Of a DNA stretch of 64,000 nt, positions 39,665-50,019 are shown in pieces; the stretch's first letter is position 1, and each line of letters opens with the position of its first letter. Where the stretch lies: the IMG/VR virus record IMGVR_UViG_3300005253_000530, one strand, 5' to 3'. The stretch comes from a virus (lineage: Duplodnaviria; Heunggongvirae; Uroviricota; Caudoviricetes). Below the pieces are notes generated by a model. That model was not told the DNA's origin. It worked only from the letters and a program-made list of their open reading frames with translations, and did not search any database. A program made the position numbers and the translations under genes.

Positions 39665-40754
39665 TTGTGATCTCCTTTTGCTTTGATGCTCTTTTATATT
39701 TTATTATTGATCTGCTTTTTAGGAATTTTGTTACATACATTCGGGATGTGGTATCTTCAGCAGCCATTATTGCCTTTATTATATCAGGATCTAATGCCTC
39801 ATATATGTTTATATTAGCATGTATGGCAGATATTTTACCAATAATAGATGAGCACAAGAAACTACTTGTGCATTGATGTGCTAAATTTTTATCGTGTTTC
39901 TTTGGGTTTGTTGCAAATCGTTGTAAACCTATCATCCAGCTTATATCAGTAGTAGCAGCTTCAATATTAGATAGCTTAGTCTTTGTTTTTTTGTACCTAC
40001 CAGTTTTTGGATTTATCAGTCGTGGAACTTCATTGTACTTTCTAAACACAGTTATAGTGTGGTGTTCAGTAGTACTAATAGCTATACGGCTCGCAAATAC
40101 ATAGGCAGCATAAAAGTTCATCTTACATTTATCAGTGAGGTATATCGCAACTCTAACAAGCCCAGGATCTTCCCTTAAAACTCTTAACATTGATAGGTAT
40201 AGATATAATTGAGCTTGAGTTAAATCTGTGAGATCCAATACTGCAGTACCCTTTCCAACTGCGTTGTGTTCATTATAAGAATAATTGCCATTACCCAGTT
40301 TAATAGGAAATTCAAACATTTCTATCAAATTTTCATCTATATAATCCGGTAGCATTTTATGCTCTTCAGCAAGCTGTATCCATCTGATACATTCTTCCAT
40401 ACTCAGCAGAATATTAGCACCAGGATTATAGTATTTTCGCTTTTTACTATAAGGCTCCTTAAGATAAATAGTATAAAATATTCGATTATATTTATCGCTT
40501 TGTTTGTATAATTTGCCTAATAACCCTGCAAAACACGCATGATTAGTGTTTTTCCAGATGTCCTTTGTATTTGAATCAATGTCATGTATATCATCTGGCA
40601 GCCTATCATCATGGAACAAGCCATATTCTGTATAGTTGATCCCAGGTGCATAGCTCATGTTTACTATATCTCTATCTATCCATGGTTTTTGCCTATGAAT
40701 GGATGGCAGTGTTTTTTTTACGCTATTGTCAGATCGTTCGTTGGCTGTTCGCAT
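39654..40754 (-). CDS. hypothetical protein
   Basis: 366-aa ORF. Confidence 0.5.
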   Translation of the reverse strand: MRTANERSDNSVKKTLPSIHRQKPWIDRDIVNMSYAPGINYTEYGLFHDDRLPDDIHDIDSNTKDIWKNTNHACFAGLLGKLYKQSDKYNRIFYTIYLKEPYSKKRKYYNPGANILLSMEECIRWIQLAEEHKMLPDYIDENLIEMFEFPIKLGNGNYSYNEHNAVGKGTAVLDLTDLTQAQLYLYLSMLRVLREDPGLVRVAIYLTDKCKMNFYAAYVFASRIAISTTEHHTITVFRKYNEVPRLINPKTGRYKKTKTKLSNIEAATTDISWMIGLQRFATNPKKHDKNLAHQCTSSFLCSSIIGKISAIHANINIYEALDPDIIKAIMAAEDTTSRMYVTKFLKSRSIIKYKRASKQKEITSEG

Positions 40755-41041
40755 GCGTTTTCTTTTTTCTCCTTTTCCGCAACTTCTATAAACATCAATT
40801 CGGTCATTCGGATTGCAGGTATGAGCTTGAATACAACATCTTTGCTAGTTGAATTATCTTCAATTCTGATAATATAATGTGATTCATCTCTTTGATTTAT
40901 ACCTTGATACCCATCCCTTTTAAAATAGATGTCTGTTACCACTAAGTCTTCCATACCAACAGGAGTTTTTCCAACTTCATAGGTAAAATCATTAGCTATT
41001 AAACATACAATTTTTTTCATAGTATTAATACCCCCTTTGTT

Positions 41042-42268
41042 TTAGTACAATTCTTTCAAAAGACTTGCTTGAAATTTCATAAAATCCTTATTATCCTTTA
41101 GCTTTTGATATGATCCCATTACCATGCCGCGGCTTGACCGAAAGTCGTTGTTTACACACCATTCCTTTTTTAGATCTTTATCAATTACACTATATACACC
41201 GTTTTCACGCATGTATTCAAATGAAGCCAATGAATGTACAATTTGACCTTCTGGGCCTTGTGGCGGATTTTCCCACGGCGAATGCCCTTCCTCTACGTAA
41301 CTTTGTATAGATCCTCTTAAAGATCCTATATGTAAAGGGTTACATGAAGACAGCCCTGTAGATGCAAGGTAGGGTCGCAGATTTTTCCATATTTTATCCG
41401 CTGTGATAATATCGCTCTCATCGATAACTCCACGAATAGTTTCTTCATCGAATCCTACGGCTTCTCTATAAGTTTCGTCCATGTTAATAGTCACCATTGA
41501 CCATGCCATTCTTGCCAATCCATATACTAATGATACGAACATTGGCGATTTTAGCCACCAGCAACTGGGAGTTCTGTACTCTATGCCATAAGGAGTCGGT
41601 CTAAAACATCCGGCTTTACCATATTTTGATCTTCTCAGTTTAGATCCATTGTCGTTATCAAGGCGCATTGTAGGTATGGTAAGTAGTAAATCCAAGAATC
41701 GTATAAGCCGAATATGCCCGTCTTCTGTTTTTGCAAGCTTGTACTCCGGCTGATCCTTCGATAGATACGGTGAAGACAATCCAAGGTGTATGTGACCACC
41801 GGCGTATCTATGTGGATGCTCAGAGGCGTCCATTTCTGGAGTGTTTGTGGTACATGTATAAGCATTGAAATCTGGTTCGCATCCAAATACACGTGCTTCT
41901 GGATCAGCTTTGTTTATAACTGACTCGCGGATTTTTTCAGCTGGAGAAAGAATAATTTGATGATTCTTTGGTATTCTATTATAAACTTCTCTCCATACCT
42001 TTTCGATATTACCTGCGAAGTATTCTCTACACGACTGATGAGCTACAGCCATCTCGGCCTGTATACCATCGAAAAACAGTCTGCTAAGTTTACCGTCCCT
42101 GGCTTGTACTTTTATAGGATCATTTTTGCTGGGGAAGAAATTATCAGCACTTCGCACCCGGCCTTTCTCATCACCTATAAAAAACTCTGGGTCTCCACCT
42201 ATCCTGGGTAAATAATTGACTTTGTATATTCTGCGTCCTATTTCCTTATCTATCTCCGAAATCTTCAT
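41042..42268 (-). CDS. GCS2/GS-like carboxylate-amine ligase (amidoligase), paralog C
   Basis: IGGDPEFFIGDEKG ... RYAGGHIHLG. Confidence 0.6.
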   Translation of the reverse strand: MKISEIDKEIGRRIYKVNYLPRIGGDPEFFIGDEKGRVRSADNFFPSKNDPIKVQARDGKLSRLFFDGIQAEMAVAHQSCREYFAGNIEKVWREVYNRIPKNHQIILSPAEKIRESVINKADPEARVFGCEPDFNAYTCTTNTPEMDASEHPHRYAGGHIHLGLSSPYLSKDQPEYKLAKTEDGHIRLIRFLDLLLTIPTMRLDNDNGSKLRRSKYGKAGCFRPTPYGIEYRTPSCWWLKSPMFVSLVYGLARMAWSMVTINMDETYREAVGFDEETIRGVIDESDIITADKIWKNLRPYLASTGLSSCNPLHIGSLRGSIQSYVEEGHSPWENPPQGPEGQIVHSLASFEYMRENGVYSVIDKDLKKEWCVNNDFRSSRGMVMGSYQKLKDNKDFMKFQASLLKELY

Positions 42269-42302
42269 TACTACATATCCTCCTTTTTATTCTTATTATT
42301 TT

Positions 42303-42980
42303 CTATTTCGTTAGTGCATCACGTATTCTATATGCACTTATTAAAACCTTGTTGACATACGGTATCTCATAGTATCTTTTTCCTTTTGGTAACTTTGTAC
42401 TTCCTGTATTGTAGCGATGTAGAGTCTTCACTACATTGAATTCAGCATGCTCATAGTATTCGCTGAATATAGCAATGCCAGATTTTATGTTTATATCTAT
42501 CCAGTATAAACTTCCTTCCTTTCTCGCACCATTTTCTAGTAGTGCAGGCTCCTTCTTCCACACCTTGTACCTTATTTGCATCAATCCTATTGCATCTTTA
42601 TTACTTTTAGCAAATGGATCAAATCTAGACTCTACCCACATTATAGCAGCTATAAGTATGGGGTCAATGCCGTTTCGGGGAGCTTCTTCAAGTATGTAAA
42701 GCACTATTTTTTCGGCGATCTTCCCGTCTAATTTGGGCTGAAAATCCATTATCACTCTTATCAATCCTTCCCTTAGTTCCTTTGATGCAGATAGCCTTAT
42801 GTTCATAGCGGTTTCATCGGCTGTTACTCTTTCCACCATTCTCAATTGTTGCCAATGGGATTTTTTCAGAGCTTTTGTATCAATAAATTGCCTATATCCT
42901 AGAAGTGCTACAATTAGCAAGAGACTTACAAGAAGTGTTATTGCAAGTGTTGATTTACTTACCCTTTTTGATTGTTCCAT
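42303..42980 (-). CDS. lytic transglycosylase (SLT domain) with N-terminal signal anchor
   Basis: SLT motif AIMWVESRFDPFAKSNKDAIGLMQI; N-terminal TM helix. Confidence 0.75.
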   Translation of the reverse strand: MEQSKRVSKSTLAITLLVSLLLIVALLGYRQFIDTKALKKSHWQQLRMVERVTADETAMNIRLSASKELREGLIRVIMDFQPKLDGKIAEKIVLYILEEAPRNGIDPILIAAIMWVESRFDPFAKSNKDAIGLMQIRYKVWKKEPALLENGARKEGSLYWIDINIKSGIAIFSEYYEHAEFNVVKTLHRYNTGSTKLPKGKRYYEIPYVNKVLISAYRIRDALTK

Positions 42981-43135
42981 GTTTGATCCTCCTCAATAGA
43001 ATATTTACCACACCACATTAGTCTACACCTTTTACCACAAATATCACATTTACCGTTTATGTCACCCGCATGTGTACGAGCATTACAATTTAATACATTT
43101 TTATCAGCTTCATGACACTTATGATATATAAACAT
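42959..43135 (-). CDS. small zinc-ribbon protein (58 aa), first of three tandem paralogs
   Basis: Own translation MFIYHKCHEADKNVLNCNARTHAGDINGKCDICGKR...; start overlaps stop of next paralog (ATGA). Confidence 0.45.
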   Translation of the reverse strand: MFIYHKCHEADKNVLNCNARTHAGDINGKCDICGKRCRLMWCGKYSIEEDQTWNNQKG

Positions 43136-43308
43136 CACGCACCAGCCTTTTTATATATAAGTTTATCATAACAAATACATTCGAAAGTAGGATTATGTAT
43201 TCCACAAATTTCGCATTTGCCCCATTCCAGAAAATGGTGTGCATATTCACCTAATTCACATTCTGTTACTTTTTCATCTCTATTGTGGCATTTTGCACAT
43301 ATTTTCAT
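43135..43308 (-). CDS. small zinc-ribbon protein (57 aa), second tandem paralog
   Basis: Own translation MKICAKCHNRDEKVTECELGEYAHHFLEWGKCEICGIHNPTFEC... Confidence 0.45.
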   Translation of the reverse strand: MKICAKCHNRDEKVTECELGEYAHHFLEWGKCEICGIHNPTFECICYDKLIYKKAGA

Positions 43309-43552
43309 TATTTTTTCCTCTTATCTTGAAGAATGGATCATTCCAGCTATTTGTGCTATGATATGGGCCCTTTTCACTATCACTATGTGACACATGCGCA
43401 TCATACCCGTAGCACGTATATACTGTTTGACCTTTTATACCACAAATATCACATTTTGTTACAAATCCAGCACATCCTATATGCATGGCCAGAGTATGTG
43501 GGCAGTTAGTTACATTTCTATCTTTTTCGTGACATGCTTTACATACGTCCAT
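43280..43552 (-). CDS. small zinc-ribbon protein (90 aa), third tandem paralog
   Basis: MDVCKACHEKDRNVTNCPH...KCDICGIKG shares the C.CH..D..V..C...KC.ICG pattern. Confidence 0.5.
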   Translation of the reverse strand: MDVCKACHEKDRNVTNCPHTLAMHIGCAGFVTKCDICGIKGQTVYTCYGYDAHVSHSDSEKGPYHSTNSWNDPFFKIRGKNNENMCKMPQ

Positions 43553-45564
43553 TATTTATATACCTATACCAAAAATATTGAGTATAAGATGAATAGTAGA
43601 AGAATCAACCAAATCAGCAATTCAACATCAATCCGTGACACCAAGTTCAGACCTATACCCTTTAAATGCATGAGTTTCTTTTTCATAATTAATACTCCCT
43701 TTATGTGAAAGTAAAGCGTATAGTGATTTAGTCATGGTTTTTCCTATTTCACTCAGCTCCTGATCTGCAACAGCACTTACCATAAATCCAAGCTTTTTAG
43801 TATCTATGCTTGACACCATAAATAAACTACTATTAGGAAATAAACTTATATAGCTAATAACCATTGTTATATCTGGCAGTTCTTTTTTACTACTTGTTAG
43901 TGTAAACTCTATACTATGTTTCTTTGGTAAGAATTTGACATTAGTTATATAATATTCCTCGATATCATCTGCTTTTATAATTTCTATTATTTTCATGTAT
44001 AAAACTCCTATGACCAAGCCAACATCATAAGTAAATTTTTTACTACTTCACTTTTTTCCTCTTTCATTGATCTTGCCAGTGTCACTGGTACTCTTATACC
44101 ACTTTCTGGGTCATCAAGACTATTTGTGATATTATCTATAATAAACTTGCCAGCTACTTTATGACATCTAAAGGTTAGCTTCATTGGTGGATAGTCGTTG
44201 AGGTAGTGTAGCATATCCATAATCACTGTTTGCTCTCTAGGATTATGAAGATTATATTTAGGCTTCTCCACATATATACTTGCTATATTATATTTTTCAA
44301 GGTCGTACCAAGTTATCCATTCCATTTCATGCTCCAACTACTATCCATTCTTCATGGGCTCTACCAAAAATTCTGTGTTCTCTTGAAACTTTTTGACTTT
44401 TTACCACTTCATTGAACCTTTTCTGTAGTTTAGGGTTCGTACATTGATTGCTACATAGTTTGCTTATACCCTCCATAGCATGATATTTGTAGCTGGATTT
44501 GTTGAATGTATCTTTCATAGGGAACCCTTTAAACATTTTGTTATAGTTGCGTAATAGTGGGTCCCAGTATTCTATAGTGGTATTAATTGTAGGTCTGTCG
44601 CCTACCACCACCCCTTCAACACTAAACTTCTTTATGTGTTTCATGATACTTTTATATAATCTGAGTCTATTGGTTGTAGAACTTCGCATTCCCCTGTGTG
44701 TATTAATTCTAAAGATCAGAGTAAATAGCGAAAGCATGTGAGGAGATCTCATCCACTTCTTTGATGCCACAAGCATATAAATTTTATCTCCATGTGAGTA
44801 AGGTTTTATAGGATAGGCTTTAGTAAGCATCCATTTATGTTCTTTTTCAACTATATTTAACATATGAATGGCGGCTTTTGTCCATTTATTCATCGTTTTT
44901 TGGTATCCTCTTTGTGTTTGTGGATGATTACTGCTTGACGCTATTTTTACTACTAGCCTGAGCTTATCCGTTGGTATAGTTCGTTTTGTTGTTCTACTTA
45001 TTACATCAAATATTCTACAGCAGAGAGTCTCTCGGCAGGTATCAAATCTACTGAGCTGTTTGACTTTGCCTTTGGCAGGGTGACTGCATAAAGCCCATTT
45101 TATAAAAGTATGGTCCTCTTGGCCGCCATAACTATACATGTTTGGATTTTTGTATTTTGATAAACTATATTTATATTTCATTTATAAACCTCTCCACTAC
45201 TTTTCTTCTATTTCCACACCACATAACCATGCCTCTATAATATACCATGGCATTTTATAGTAATTTCCACATGAAAATGGGGTAAATAATACTCTTAATT
45301 TATCTTTAAATGTAAATTGTTTTACAAAGAAAGGTATTTCATTGTGTTCTTCAAAAGCACTGATAGCCCAGTTGCGGCCGAAAGCTATTACACGCTCTCT
45401 ATACATAACGGTCTCCATATACTTTTGTAGTGCTAAATTTAAGCGGGCTATATTCCATGGATTCCATGGCGACCATTTTATATTCATGTATATTATTGTA
45501 GTATAATATACCACTATTGATATATAATATTTTATATACTTCATTTTCCTTAGTATCCTTTTTT

Positions 45565-45795
45565 TTATATTTCTATATCCCTTGGTAGTTTCTTAATTTC
45601 CCTTCTTGAGTCTCTGTATAGCTCTATTAGATACATTACTATTACTATGTAAAAGCCTATGCCAAAGAAAACGCCGGCTATAGCACCGACTACTATAAGA
45701 ATCGCCAAAGGTATCAGTATAGCTATTAATGCCCATGCTAATATGATTGCTAACACTCCAATAATTATCGTACTTATAATCTCAAGCACTATCAT
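45565..45795 (-). CDS. small two-TM membrane protein, holin-like
   Basis: 76 aa, two hydrophobic helices then charged C-terminus ELYRDSRREIKKLPRDIEI. Confidence 0.3.
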   Translation of the reverse strand: MIVLEIISTIIIGVLAIILAWALIAILIPLAILIVVGAIAGVFFGIGFYIVIVMYLIELYRDSRREIKKLPRDIEI

Positions 45796-46263
45796 GACTT
45801 CCTCCTTTATCTTCTTACTGGGTGGTATAGGTGTATATGAAGAGCTATAGCACCTATGTCCAGATTACTTTTGGCAGCTCCTATTAATTTGAGAGCTGTG
45901 TTAGGATCAGAATATATACACTGAAGAGCTGTCTTTAGTTGATTAATAGCGTTTTCCAGGGGTGTTTCTATTTTTTTGTTGCGTTCCATTATGATTTTTC
46001 TCCTCTATCCGCCACTTCTATCTTAGACACATAGTCTGATGAGCCATCATTGATAATGACTATTTGAAGACCGTAGATCTTTAATAACTTGTCTACGGAT
46101 TCAAGGCATACATCCGTCCGGTTATTATCACAAAATTTATAGATTGTGCCTTTGGTATCGCCATTATTTTCTTCTAGTTTGCGATCAAATTCCTTATATT
46201 CATCTGAGCCATATTCTGCTGTTCTCATATCTGTATCCTCCTTTTATCCATTTCTAAATAAGA

Positions 46264-46330
46264 ACTCTGGCTGATCATCTATCCAGATATTGGGTTCAAT
46301 ACCTAATTTCTTAAGAAAGTGCCATCATAG
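46264..46330 (-). pseudogene. remnant of HAD-like gene (copy of 49515..49808 with internal deletion and frame disruption)
   Basis: Encodes ...KLGIEPNIWIDDQPEFLFRNG* matching C-terminus of the 49515..49808 product and YDGTF in another frame; no start codon. Confidence 0.55.
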
Positions 46331-46366
46331 TCTACACATATAATAAATTGGCTCATTTCTTCTCCC

Positions 46367-46849
46367 TTAATCTTTATAAAGCTTTACTTTATATTCTTTA
46401 GACTTTATCTTATGGTAGTACTGTTCCACTTCTTTGACCCCGACAATTCTAAATCTACAAATATCATCTGGTGTTTCATCTTCTTCATTGAGCTTCCATG
46501 TAAGGCATTCTTCCGCTTCCTCTATTGTATCAACTAATCCTACTATGACTGGTTTAGCATCACCAGATGTATTAATTATTAAATAATAAGTAGGTTCTTC
46601 AGACTGCTCTAATGATAGGTTTAGTATAGATCTGCACTTTTTACAAGTAATTGCTCCAGCTAAAAGTGCTCTATCATTATCGGTTAGATTTGTATTATGA
46701 AGTATTGGTTCGTTTGCTAACCATATCCCACAAAACGAAGAAAATGAAGGGGAATGGTATGGATTATTGTTTTTATCTATATTTCTTTTTAATCCATGTG
46801 TTGTTTTATTTTTATATATATTACCTATGTAATCTTCTCTGATTTTCAT
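46367..46849 (-). CDS. hypothetical protein, paralog of 49801..50019
   Basis: N-terminus MKIREDYIGNIYKNKTTHGLK...FCG parallels MEIRKDYRGNITSGKTTHGLK...FCG. Confidence 0.5.
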   Translation of the reverse strand: MKIREDYIGNIYKNKTTHGLKRNIDKNNNPYHSPSFSSFCGIWLANEPILHNTNLTDNDRALLAGAITCKKCRSILNLSLEQSEEPTYYLIINTSGDAKPVIVGLVDTIEEAEECLTWKLNEEDETPDDICRFRIVGVKEVEQYYHKIKSKEYKVKLYKD

Positions 46850-49514
46850 GATTAACTTCCTTTATTCAATAGCTTATATACTATTAGTGTGCGTGTAACT
46901 TAGCTATTAAACGATCAATATTACAGACACATTCTTCGTGGTGGTTTAACATCTTACGGTATTCTTCTATTCTTTCTGTACCTACAGGGATCTTTTTAGA
47001 ACCCCATTTTCTTAGCTGCAGATCAAACAGATTTGCTTCACTTTGATGGTTATTTCTATCAGCCTTGAGACGGTCAACCATAAATTTTCTTTCAGACCCT
47101 GATAATTTAATAGGTACACTCATAAGTCTCCCCCCTTTTATTTAATAGTCTAATCAAGTCCCCAATGGTTTATGTGCTATTTCTTCTGCTTGCTTGAGTA
47201 TAGCAGCAAAGACAAAATCACTTCTATTTTCTGCTAATATGCCCATTTCATCGAAGAAATCATCCACTGTATAGTTTTCCAATAAGTCTGGATCATTTGT
47301 TTTCTTCAACCATTATTCAGCTAAGTTTTTACTCATGGCCATATCCCCCTTATTTTTACAGATAAACTGTTGATTCTTTCCCGTTCTTTTTTGCCTTTAT
47401 GACGATCTGTACTTTTTTAAGACTCATTTCTTTGCCTTCCCATAGCATTTTATTGGTATGTTTATGTATGGGCAATCTTCTATATAACATCTGTGAAATA
47501 AACTAACATCTGATGCGCACCTATTATTAGATTGTTTATATTCACATTCTTTACTATCCATCTTGAATACAACTACTTTGCGGTCCATCATCTCTTTACT
47601 CCCCTATAGCATTTTATTGGTATGTTTATGTGTGGGCAATCTTCCATGTTAGTCGTAAATGGAGCATGGAAAGTGTAGATAGATTTTTTAATTCTCCCAC
47701 TAGTCATGTCTTTACCCTCTCTCCACTCTCTATAAGTCAGTGGAGATAAGTGTGTACGCCCATGAACCCACATAACTTGACCCTTGCTGTCTCTAGCAAC
47801 CTTTATTAGTTTTTTCATTTCTTTACTCTCCTGTAATACTCCTTGGGATGTCTCTCCAGGAATTCCCCCTCTTAGAACTGATTGTTCTTCAGCACGAATT
47901 TTTCCATACTATTTATGGTTAGGTTTTTGCCATAATTTTTTCCCTTCTCATACACATGCTCCAACATGCCAATGATTTCTTCGGAGGTCAGTATCTCAGA
48001 GACAATTTCCTCTTCTGTCAACGCGGTGTGCTTGCCTTCGACCCAAATGTTTACTAGGTTGGTGTTACTCATATACTCTATTTGCGTGTAGTGAGGGTCT
48101 GTTATGTCCATCGTGTAGGATACGCTAAAGTATTTGCCCACCATAATATTCATGAAACTTCTGTTTTCCGGCCTATTTTCTTTGTCGATCCTTTTAAATT
48201 TATTTGGCATCTTAATTCTCCTATTTTTCATTTTTTTGACCTCTCTTTTACTTATTTTTCTGACCGATTTTTTCTCTTTATCTTTCTTTTCTGTTCTTAT
48301 TGTTATCAAATAGAAAATCCAGTAAAGCCATACAAGAGGGCCATGTGCTATAATAACCATCCGCTTAGTCTTGAAAAGTGTCGGAGTGTTAGAACCTATA
48401 AAAAAAGAAAACTCCTAAAATAGCCCACATACCAATTATACTTCCCATGTTTATACCCTCCTAACTATACCATAGTCTATCAGTACCTTCTTCCAATAAA
48501 GATGCCGTCTCATCACTAAGTATGTCGGCGATGTCAAAATCATCTGGCTCTCCTTCTATTGGCTTATTTTCAATCAGTTCGGATTCATACAGGTCTCTGA
48601 TATTTTCTTGTAATTTAAGCAAGTCATTGAGATACCTGGCCACTGCTTTGGCCATAATCTTAGCGTTATGAATATTATGTGGCCCTCCGCCACCCATGTC
48701 TATTACCTCACCGTCCTTTGCATCAATTAGACCGAAGCCTATTTCTTGTTTCATGATTTATCTCCCTTATGAATATTCCATAATCTATATCTTCCTATCT
48801 ACTTCTTTGTAATCATATAGTGATCTTGCATTAATGTTTTTACTGGTTTATTTTCCTTTATTGATATTCTGTCTGCCCACCCATCTCCTAATGGGCAGGA
48901 AACAGGCTCTACTTCCAAAGTAAGGCCGCTTTCGAATTCCAGGATAAAGCCACGGTCATATCCAAAAGGGTCATGAGCGGTTACTTTTTTGACCGTCTGG
49001 CCCTCAGCCTTTATCATGACCCTCGCTTTCAATGCCAATCAGTTTTATTCCCGCCCTCTTTTCAGCTTGGTCTTTATAATATTTATATATCTCCCCTTTT
49101 AAGTTCACTTCTCTTCTCATAAAACATCCGCCGGGAAAAACATTCCCATTTCTTTCTATGTATTTACAAGAAGTATATCCTTCTTTATATATTGTTAAGT
49201 ATAAGCAAAAGCCGGTCTCGGTCCCATCAGTTGATCCTTTTATACAAGCAGGAGCTGAAATACAGCATACGCCGCATCTAATACATTTTGTGTACTTTGG
49301 CATTATTACTAACCTCCCATAGATAAACTATGGATTAGTTTCTACTATTTTCTTCACTCTTTTGCATTTCTTGTATTTTAATAATATGATGAGCTTCTTT
49401 CTGAAAAACATTTCCGCATCAGCAACTTTTGCTCGCGTGACAGCCGTTGTTTGCTCATAAGCAGATTCCATTATAGTTTTGTCAAGTATGTTATCATCAT
49501 GTTTACAAAACATG

Positions 49515-49808
49515 TCATGTCCCCCTTTGTCCGTCTCTGAATAAAAACATAGGCAGGTCATCTATCCATATATTGGGTTCAATGCCTTGTTCTTTAAGAA
49601 AAGGTAGTTTGGCTCTACGGCTTGTGAATATTACTTCACATAGTTTGCCTATGGATTCTAATACTTCTTTTCCCTCATACTCATATCGCATAGTAGCACA
49701 GATGACGCGGTGTCCTGCTTTTTTAGCGGCGACAACAAAATCTGTCAACAGCTCTGGGATAGCACTGAATGTACCGTCGTAGTCTATGCATATAATAAGT
49801 TTACTCAT
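49515..49808 (-). CDS. small HAD-superfamily-like hydrolase
   Basis: Motif I IICIDYDGTFS (DxDGT) and C-terminal IWIDD. Confidence 0.45.
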   Translation of the reverse strand: MSKLIICIDYDGTFSAIPELLTDFVVAAKKAGHRVICATMRYEYEGKEVLESIGKLCEVIFTSRRAKLPFLKEQGIEPNIWIDDLPMFLFRDGQRGT

Positions 49809-50019
49809 TTATACTTTTACATGTCTTACAAGTAATTTTTCTAGCCATAGCTTTTCTTTTGTCTTCAAGCCACAAATCGTTTGCAAGAGGTATCTTTGTT
49901 GGGCTAACACGAATATGTCCGCAAAACGAAAAATGTGTCTCATCATCTGCGGCTGCTTTTAGCCCGTGTGTTGTTTTACCACTTGTAATATTACCTCTGT
50001 AATCTTTTCTTATTTCCAT
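49801..50019 (-). CDS. hypothetical protein, paralog of 46367..46849
   Basis: See paralog. Confidence 0.45.
   Translation of the reverse strand: MEIRKDYRGNITSGKTTHGLKAAADDETHFSFCGHIRVSPTKIPLANDLWLEDKRKAMARKITCKTCKSINE

Noticed and set aside
47872-48360. Lys-rich 162-aa ORF as histone-like protein
   Set aside because: N-terminal TM helix plus Lys/Arg-rich linker is also typical of membrane-anchored phage proteins; evidence insufficient.
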